Assembly (NCBI GenBank): GCA_963713975.1
Contig: OY970218.1
Location: forward strand, 1,728,001-1,792,000
Direction of reading: 5' to 3'
Origin: an uncultured Chloroflexia bacterium
Lineage (GTDB): Bacteria > Chloroflexota > Limnocylindria > Limnocylindrales > CSP1-4
DNA length: 64,000 nucleotides
Made by a program: the position numbers and the translations under genes. Within the stretch, counting starts at the first letter, position 1; every line of letters starts with the position of its first letter. Shown in pieces: positions 57,786-64,000 of the stretch. The notes under the pieces were generated by a model. That model was not told the DNA's origin and did not search any database. It saw only the letters and a program-made list of their open reading frames with translations.

Positions 57786-59540
57786 ATGGTTACGCGCGCC
57801 CCCAACCCCGGCCCGGCCCACGACGTGGACGCTGCCCGCCACCCGGCCCCGACCGCGAACGCGCTGGTCGACCTCGTCCGTGCCTCGGTCATCGGCGACG
57901 ACGAGGCGGTTGCCGGTCCCTACGGCGTCCGGCGCGTCACGTACGCCGACTACACGGCGTCGGGCCGAAGCCTCTCGTTCGTCGAGGACTACATCCGCGA
58001 CGCCGTCCTGCCGCTGTACGCCAACACGCACACCGAGAGCTCGGGCACGGGGCTCCAGACGACGCGCTTCCGCGAGGAGGCCCGGCGCCTGGTCCTCGAG
58101 GGCGTGGGCGGGGATCCCGAACGCCATGCCGTGATCTTCACGGGCTCGGGCTCCACGGCGGCGATCAACCGCATGGTCGATGTCCTCCAGCTGCGCATCC
58201 CCGCCGACCTCGACGATGCGTGGGATCTTCGCTCCCGGATCCCGGCCGACCAGCGGCCGGTCGTGTTCATCGGGCCCTTCGAGCACCACAGCAACGAGCT
58301 GCCGTGGCGAGAGTCGATTGCGGACGTGGTGATGATCCGCGAGGACCGCGAGGGCCACATCGACCTGGTCCAGCTGGGCCAGGAGCTGGAGCGGTACGCG
58401 GGACGGCCGCTCAAGATCGGGTCGTTCTCCGCGGCGTCCAACGTGACCGGGATCGTGTCCGACACCGCGGCCATCTCCCGCCTGCTCCACGCCCACGGCG
58501 CCCTGTCGTTCTTCGACTTCGCGGCGGCCGCACCCTACGTCTCGATCGAGATGGACCCACCGGGCGACGCCTTGGCCGCCAAGGACGCCGTGTTCATCAG
58601 CCCCCACAAGTTCATCGGGGGCCCGGGGACGCCGGGCGTGCTCGTCGCGCGCCGGGACCTCTTCCGCAACCGCGTCCCGTCGATGCCCGGCGGCGGCACC
58701 GTGGCCTACGTCAACCCGGTCGAGCACCGGTACCTGGCCAACGTCGAGCACCGCGAGGAGGGGGGTACGCCCGCCATCGTGGAGTCGATCCGCGCCGGCC
58801 TGGTGTTCGGGCTCAAGGCCGCGGTGGGGACCGAGGCCATCCGCGAACGGGAGGAGGCCTTCATCGGTCGTGCCCTGCACCGCTGGGGGGCCAACCCGTC
58901 GATCGAGATCCTGGGCAGCCGCGAGGCGGAGCGTCTCTCGATCGTGTCCTTCGTCGTCCGCCACAAGGGCCGCTACCTGCACCACAACTTCGTGGTCGCC
59001 GTGCTCAACGACCTGTTCGGGATCCAGTCCCGGGGCGGCTGCTCCTGCGCCGGGCCCTACGGCCACCGGCTGCTGGGCATCGACATCGAGACCAGTCACG
59101 GGTTCGAGCGCGAGATCGCCCTCGGCTGCGAGGGGATCAAGCCCGGCTGGGTGCGGGTCAACTTCAACTACTTCATCAGCGAGGCCGTGTTCGAGTTCAT
59201 CCTCGACGCCGTGGACCTGGTGGCAACCGACGGCTGGCGCCTGCTCGCCGACTACGCGTTCGAGCCCGCCAGTGGACTCTGGCGCCACCGGGCCGGCCGC
59301 CCGGAGCCGCCGCTCTCGCTGCGCGACATCGCCTACGAGCAGGGGGTCGTGACCTGGCCGTCGCACCGGCACCGCGAGCCGGAGACACGGCTGGCCGCCT
59401 ACCTCGCCGAGGCGCGCGAGCTCCTCGCCCGGCCGCCCCGCGCGTTGACGGGCCCGACGATCCCGTCCGGTACCGTTGGGCCGGACTTCGAGGACCTGCG
59501 CTGGTTCCTGCTGCCCGAGGACGTCGCGGCCGATGCCTGA
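57786..59540 (+). CDS. PLP-dependent aminotransferase class V (cysteine desulfurase-like)
   Basis: YADYTASGR, EHHSN, ASNVTG, SPHKF, RGGCSCAG. Confidence 0.92.
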   Translation: MVTRAPNPGPAHDVDAARHPAPTANALVDLVRASVIGDDEAVAGPYGVRRVTYADYTASGRSLSFVEDYIRDAVLPLYANTHTESSGTGLQTTRFREEARRLVLEGVGGDPERHAVIFTGSGSTAAINRMVDVLQLRIPADLDDAWDLRSRIPADQRPVVFIGPFEHHSNELPWRESIADVVMIREDREGHIDLVQLGQELERYAGRPLKIGSFSAASNVTGIVSDTAAISRLLHAHGALSFFDFAAAAPYVSIEMDPPGDALAAKDAVFISPHKFIGGPGTPGVLVARRDLFRNRVPSMPGGGTVAYVNPVEHRYLANVEHREEGGTPAIVESIRAGLVFGLKAAVGTEAIREREEAFIGRALHRWGANPSIEILGSREAERLSIVSFVVRHKGRYLHHNFVVAVLNDLFGIQSRGGCSCAGPYGHRLLGIDIETSHGFEREIALGCEGIKPGWVRVNFNYFISEAVFEFILDAVDLVATDGWRLLADYAFEPASGLWRHRAGRPEPPLSLRDIAYEQGVVTWPSHRHREPETRLAAYLAEARELLARPPRALTGPTIPSGTVGPDFEDLRWFLLPEDVAADA

Positions 59541-60972
59541 GGGGCGCGGGGACGGCGTCAGCCCGGCGGTCCTTGGCCTGGATCTCGGGACCAGCGAGGC
59601 GAAGGCGGCCCTGGTGGGCCTGGACGGACGGCTGTTGGGTCTTGGGCGGGGGTCATATCCCACTGACACGGGCGCCGACGGGCGGGCCGAGCAGGATCCG
59701 CGCGACTGGTGGGTGGCGATCACGACGGCCGTGCGGGCGATCGGTCCGGCGCTGGCGGGTGTCGACCTCCTCGCGATCTGCGCCGTCGGCCAGGGCCCAA
59801 CGCTCGTGGCCGTGACCGAGGACGCGGACCCGGTCCGCCCGGCGGTGACCTGGCAGGACCGGAGGGCGGGGAGCGGGGGCTACGGGCTGCTCCCCCGGAT
59901 GGCCTGGCTTGCCCGGGAGGATCCCGAGGGGGCCGCTCGAGCACGATGGCTGATGGCATCGTGGGATGCCGCGGGCCTGTGGCTGACCGGCGAGGCGGCC
60001 ACGTCCGTCCAGGCACACGAGTCGCCGCTACCCGTCCAGGCGCTGGACGGAGCCGGGGTCCGGCCGGACGCCATCCCTCCGCCGCTGGCGTATGGCGCCA
60101 GGCTCGGTGGGTTGCGCGCGGATGTTGCGGCGGCGCTCGGGCTGGCGGCAGGCACGCCGGTGATCGCGGGCGTAAACGACGGCACGGCGTCGATGCTCGG
60201 CGCCGGGCTCCGGGCCCCGGGCGATGCGGTGGACACCGGCGGCACCTCCGGTGGGATCGGCGTCTACGCCGACCGGCCGGTGGACCTGCCCGGCGTCTTC
60301 GTCGCACCGGCTCCGCTCCCGGGCCGCTGGGTGGTGGGCGGGGCGATGGCTGCGCTGGGCGCGTCCGTGGACTGGATGCGCAGCGTGGTGCTGGGCGACC
60401 GCTGGACACAGGATGGCCTGTTCGAGGCGGCCTCGCGAGTGGCGCCGGGCGCCGATGGGCTGGTCTTCCTGCCCTATCTCGCCGGGGAACGGGCGCCGGT
60501 GTTCGACGAGCGGGCGCGCGGCGCTCTCATCGGGCTGGCGCTGGCGCATGGACCTGAGCATCTGGCTCGGGCGACCCTGGAGGGCGCCGCGTTCGCCCTG
60601 CGGCACGTGGTGGAGCCGCTGGCGGCCGCCGGGGCACCGGTACGGGAGCTCCACCTGGCGGGCCGGCCGTCGTGGGGCGACACGTGGGCCAGGGTCAAGG
60701 CCGACGTGCTGGGCGTGCCGGTTGCGATCCCGGCGATCGGGGAGGCGGCCGTGCTGGGGGCGGCGATCCTGGCCGCGGTCGGGGTCGGTGCATTCGGGTC
60801 CGTCGGGTCGCGCAGGTCCCTCGAGGACGGCGTGGCCGCGATGACGTCCGTGGCACGCCGCCTGGAGCCCGATCCTGCCTCGCATGACCGCTACGACGCG
60901 GCATTCGCCGTGTACCGGGACCTGTATCCCGCCCTGCGGCCCCTGTTCCACGGCTCCGTGTCCGCCACGTAG
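59533..60972 (+). CDS. FGGY-family carbohydrate kinase
   Basis: GLDLGTSEAKA, EQDP, WQDRR, FLPYLAGERAP, LEG. Confidence 0.9.
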   Translation: MPEGRGDGVSPAVLGLDLGTSEAKAALVGLDGRLLGLGRGSYPTDTGADGRAEQDPRDWWVAITTAVRAIGPALAGVDLLAICAVGQGPTLVAVTEDADPVRPAVTWQDRRAGSGGYGLLPRMAWLAREDPEGAARARWLMASWDAAGLWLTGEAATSVQAHESPLPVQALDGAGVRPDAIPPPLAYGARLGGLRADVAAALGLAAGTPVIAGVNDGTASMLGAGLRAPGDAVDTGGTSGGIGVYADRPVDLPGVFVAPAPLPGRWVVGGAMAALGASVDWMRSVVLGDRWTQDGLFEAASRVAPGADGLVFLPYLAGERAPVFDERARGALIGLALAHGPEHLARATLEGAAFALRHVVEPLAAAGAPVRELHLAGRPSWGDTWARVKADVLGVPVAIPAIGEAAVLGAAILAAVGVGAFGSVGSRRSLEDGVAAMTSVARRLEPDPASHDRYDAAFAVYRDLYPALRPLFHGSVSAT

Positions 60973-61195
60973 TCGAAGGACGAGTACTCGTCACCTCGTC
61001 GGGCGCCCTGAGCGGGATTCGCGTGACAGGTCGTCACGAGCCCGATGTTCTGTCACGCCGATGTCCCGCTGTGGCCGTCCAGCCCTGGCGAGCACTCGAG
61101 TGGTGACTATCCGACCAGGACCGGCCTCGGCCTGGCTGCCGGAACACGGCCGCCCATCACCGGATCACGCGCGGGGAGTGATAGAGTCCCGCTAG

Positions 61196-61362
61196 AGCCT
61201 TCGGGGCAGGGTGTGATTCCCGACCGGTGGTAGGGTCCCGCGACGCGGGACGAGCCCACGAGCGGCACGGCGGCGGCGGAGCCCGCGGCCAGGCTGCAGA
61301 TCCGAGGTCCGGTGCAAGCCGGGCCGACCGGAGCCGACGGTACAGTCCGGATGAGAGAAGGC
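61196..61362 (+). ncRNA. FMN riboswitch (RFN element)
   Basis: CTTCGGGGCAGGGTGTGATTCCCGACCGGTGGTA...AGCCCACGAGC...CAGATCC...CCGGAGCCGACGGTACAGTCCGGATGAGAGAAG. Confidence 0.92.
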
Positions 61363-61444
61363 CGGGCCCAGGCACGGGCCGATGACGTCCGTGCTCGCGC
61401 GCCGTCCGCCCCGTTGTGCCAGGCATGGACGACGGAGGTGTGCG

Positions 61445-62416
61445 ATGACGATGGCGAGGCAGCCCGTGACGGCCGCCCCGTCCTCCGCCGCGCCTGCCAC
61501 CGGCCACGTCGCCCCATCACGACCGGGCGCCGGTGTCCGCATCGATGATGTGTCGCTCACGTTCCGCGGGGCCCGCACGGTCCACGTCCTCGACGGCATC
61601 AGCCTGGACATCCGGCCGGGCGAGGTCGTTGCGCTGATCGGGCCCAACGGCTGTGGCAAGAGCACGTTGCTGCGCGTCGTCGCCGGCCTGATCCCGCCGG
61701 GTGCCGGTGGCGTGGCCATCGACGGTGACCCGGTGACCGGGCCGGATGAGCGCGTCGGCCTCGTGTTCCAGGAGTCGCGGCTGCTGGCGTGGCGGGACGC
61801 GGACGCCAACGTGCGCTTCCCGATGGAGCTGGCGGGGTGGTCCAAGGAACGCCAGCGGGCCAGGACCGACGATCTCCTCGGTCTCGTCGGGTTGCGCGAG
61901 TTTGCCGCCGCCAAGCCCTCGACGCTGTCCGGCGGCACCCGCCAGCGGGTGTCGATCGCCCGGGCGCTGGCGCTCGAGCCGCGCGTCCTCCTGCTCGACG
62001 AGCCGTTCAGCGCCCTCGACGCCCTTACCCGCGAGCGGTTCAACGGGGAGCTGCTGCGCCTATGGGAGCGCACGGGGACGACGATCATCGTGGTCACGCA
62101 TTCGATCCCGGAGGCCGTCTTCCTGGCCGACCGGGTGGTGGTGATGTCGCCCAGGCCCGGTCGTGTGGCGGCCGAGATCCCCGTCGACCTGCCCCGCCCG
62201 CGTCGCGTCGCGGACCTCGACTCCGCCTTCGTGTCGTCGATCGCGGCCGAGATCCGCGCCAAGCTCGTGGACACCACCGACGACAGCATCGCGATGGAGG
62301 AGGCGAGAACGGCCGTGACCGCCGGCACCCAACCCGGTGACCGGCCACGCCACGCCGAGACCGAGCCCGGAACGCCCGCCTGGTTCGATCCGTTCCGGCC
62401 GGAGGACGAGGCGTGA
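61445..62416 (+). CDS. NitT/TauT-type ABC ATP-binding protein, probably riboflavin uptake
   Basis: GPNGCGKS, LSGGTRQR, DEPFSALDALTR; RBS GGAGGTG; downstream of the FMN riboswitch. Confidence 0.9.
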   Translation: MTMARQPVTAAPSSAAPATGHVAPSRPGAGVRIDDVSLTFRGARTVHVLDGISLDIRPGEVVALIGPNGCGKSTLLRVVAGLIPPGAGGVAIDGDPVTGPDERVGLVFQESRLLAWRDADANVRFPMELAGWSKERQRARTDDLLGLVGLREFAAAKPSTLSGGTRQRVSIARALALEPRVLLLDEPFSALDALTRERFNGELLRLWERTGTTIIVVTHSIPEAVFLADRVVVMSPRPGRVAAEIPVDLPRPRRVADLDSAFVSSIAAEIRAKLVDTTDDSIAMEEARTAVTAGTQPGDRPRHAETEPGTPAWFDPFRPEDEA

Positions 62417-63291
62417 GCGAGGTCCGGCCCGTCGCCGTGCCGGCCACGCCAGCTTCCGGCGCGTCGGTCCCGACCCCGACCGCCGTCCCCGTTGCCGAGC
62501 ACGAAGGGGCGCTCTCGCCCGTGGCAGCTTCGCACCGACGCCGAGCCCTCGGACTCGTCTGGCCGGTCGCGGTCAGCCTGGCGGTGTTCGTCCTTGCCTG
62601 GCAGGCCGTGGTCTACGTGTCGGGCTTCCAGTCCTTCGTCCTGCCCGGTCCGTGGACCGTGGCCGAGCGATTCGCACGGGCATGGATGGACGGCACCATG
62701 TGGCCGCACGTCGAGGCGACCCTCGTCGAGGTGCTGCTGGGCTTCGCGCTGGGCGCCTCGATCGCCCTCGTCGTCGGGGTCCTGCTCGCCCGCTCGCGCC
62801 TGGCCGAACGACTGCTCAGTCCCTACCTCGTGGCCGCCCAGGCAACGCCCGTTCTCGCACTGGCCCCGTTGATCGTCCTTTGGTTCGGCAATGGGCTGTC
62901 GTCCAAGCTGGTCATCACGACGCTGATCGTCTTCTTCCCGGTGGCGGTCGCCACGATGGTGGGCATCCGGTCCGTGGACCCGCGCCTGCTCGAGATGGCC
63001 CGCAGCTTCCGTGCCACCAGCTGGCAGACGATCTCCGGCGTCGAGATCCCCGCCGCGCTGCCGGCCATCCTCGGCGGCATGCGCGTCGGGGTGACGCTCG
63101 CGGTCATCGGCGCGATCGTCGGCGAGTGGGCGGGTGCGGACAAGGGCCTGGGCGTGCTGATCAACGTGGCGCGCGGCTCGCTGTTCGACACGCCGCTCAT
63201 GTTCGCCGCCCTGACCATGCTCGCGATCCTGGGCGTGACCCTCTACCTCGTGATGATCCTCATCGAGCGCCGCCTGGTTGGCGACCGGTGA
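62413..63291 (+). CDS. ribX: ABC permease, RibX-like
   Basis: NitT/TauT permease motifs (LPGP, QATPVLALAP, GAIVGEW) under the FMN riboswitch. Confidence 0.75.
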   Translation: MSEVRPVAVPATPASGASVPTPTAVPVAEHEGALSPVAASHRRRALGLVWPVAVSLAVFVLAWQAVVYVSGFQSFVLPGPWTVAERFARAWMDGTMWPHVEATLVEVLLGFALGASIALVVGVLLARSRLAERLLSPYLVAAQATPVLALAPLIVLWFGNGLSSKLVITTLIVFFPVAVATMVGIRSVDPRLLEMARSFRATSWQTISGVEIPAALPAILGGMRVGVTLAVIGAIVGEWAGADKGLGVLINVARGSLFDTPLMFAALTMLAILGVTLYLVMILIERRLVGDR

Positions 63292-63326
63292 TCCCCGCCC
63301 CTGAGCTCCCGGAGGTCCATCAGCCC

Positions 63327-64000
63327 GTGCTCCCTCGCCGTCTCCGTCTCGCCACCGCCATCGCTGCCATCGCCCTCCTTGCGGTTGCGTGCGGCGGCTC
63401 GTCCGCGACCACCCCACCAGCATCGGAGGCCGCGACCGCCACGCCGGCCGTCGAGCCCGTGCCCCTCACGGTCGGCCTGGGCTACATCCCCAGCGTCCAG
63501 TTTGCGCAGTTCTACCTCGCCGACCAGGCCGGCTACTACGCCGACGCCGGTCTCGAGGTCACGCTCCAGAACAAGATCGATCCCGACCTGATCACGCTCC
63601 TCGGGCAGGGCGCCGTGGACATCGGGTCCGGCGACGGCACCTCGGTGATCCCCGCGGTGAGCCAGGGGATCCCGGTCGTGTACACGTCCACCATCTACGG
63701 CCGTTTCCCGGCGGTGGTGATCGCGAAGGCCGGATCCGGCATCGCGACCGCGTCGGACCTCAAGGGCAAGCGGATCGGGACGCCTGGCAAGTACGGGACC
63801 AACTGGCTGATGCTCAAGGCGCTGCTGGGATCCGCGGGCTTGACGACCGAGGACGTGACGATCGTGGAGTACCCGACGTTTGGCCAGGCAGCAGCGCTCC
63901 AGCAAGGACAGGTGGACGCGATCACGGGCTTCGCCAACAACGAGCCGATCCAGCTCGCCAATGCCGGGATCGATCCGGTCGTGCTCACGATCGATGAGGT
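63327..64000 (+). CDS. ribY: NMT1/THI5-like substrate-binding lipoprotein, RibY-like (partial)
   Basis: VLPRRLRLATAIAAIALLAVAC lipobox; GLGYIPSVQFAQFY, DLKGKRIG; open to the window edge. Confidence 0.75.
   Translation, partial: MLPRRLRLATAIAAIALLAVACGGSSATTPPASEAATATPAVEPVPLTVGLGYIPSVQFAQFYLADQAGYYADAGLEVTLQNKIDPDLITLLGQGAVDIGSGDGTSVIPAVSQGIPVVYTSTIYGRFPAVVIAKAGSGIATASDLKGKRIGTPGKYGTNWLMLKALLGSAGLTTEDVTIVEYPTFGQAAALQQGQVDAITGFANNEPIQLANAGIDPVVLTIDE

Noticed and set aside
57648-63423. Long overlapping ORFs (691, 698 and 743 aa)
   Set aside because: High-GC shadow frames over well-supported genes

Overview
High-GC bacterial DNA; gene content (FMN riboswitch plus RibXY-type transporter, split b6-type Rieske/cytb complex) tentatively suggests Chloroflexota. 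The left ~29 kb is an accessory stack built downstream of a minus-strand tRNA-Arg(UCG) gene (28930-29006). The tRNA 3' end (TGGCGCGCCCGGAGG on +) recurs at 1737, 2920, 7657, 9510, 11036 and 27598, and degenerately at 18346. These copies partition cargo blocks: hydrolase; two-component system plus ABC exporter; PadR pair; GIY-YIG operon; and a block with XRE/ImmA, HNH-ParB-like protein, primase, large serine recombinase and a type I R-M system with frameshifted hsdR. An intact IS481-family element sits in the tRNA 3' end, flanked by a 16-bp direct repeat that leaves the tRNA intact. Three further IS481 right ends abut other tRNA-end copies, suggesting a tRNA-targeted DDE transposon sharing a hotspot with serine-integrase islands. 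Two att arms encode homologous short C-terminal tails ending ..RRLA* and ..LRAA*. The right ~35 kb looks like core genome: M23 peptidase, HD+WYL pair, amino-acid ABC transporter, HTH-GAF-GGDEF protein, thiN, bcp, an NAD(P)H-oxidoreductase-linked Rieske/cytb operon, GH25 hydrolase and an FMN riboswitch with its ABC transporter. All calls come from reading motifs by eye; no database searches were run.
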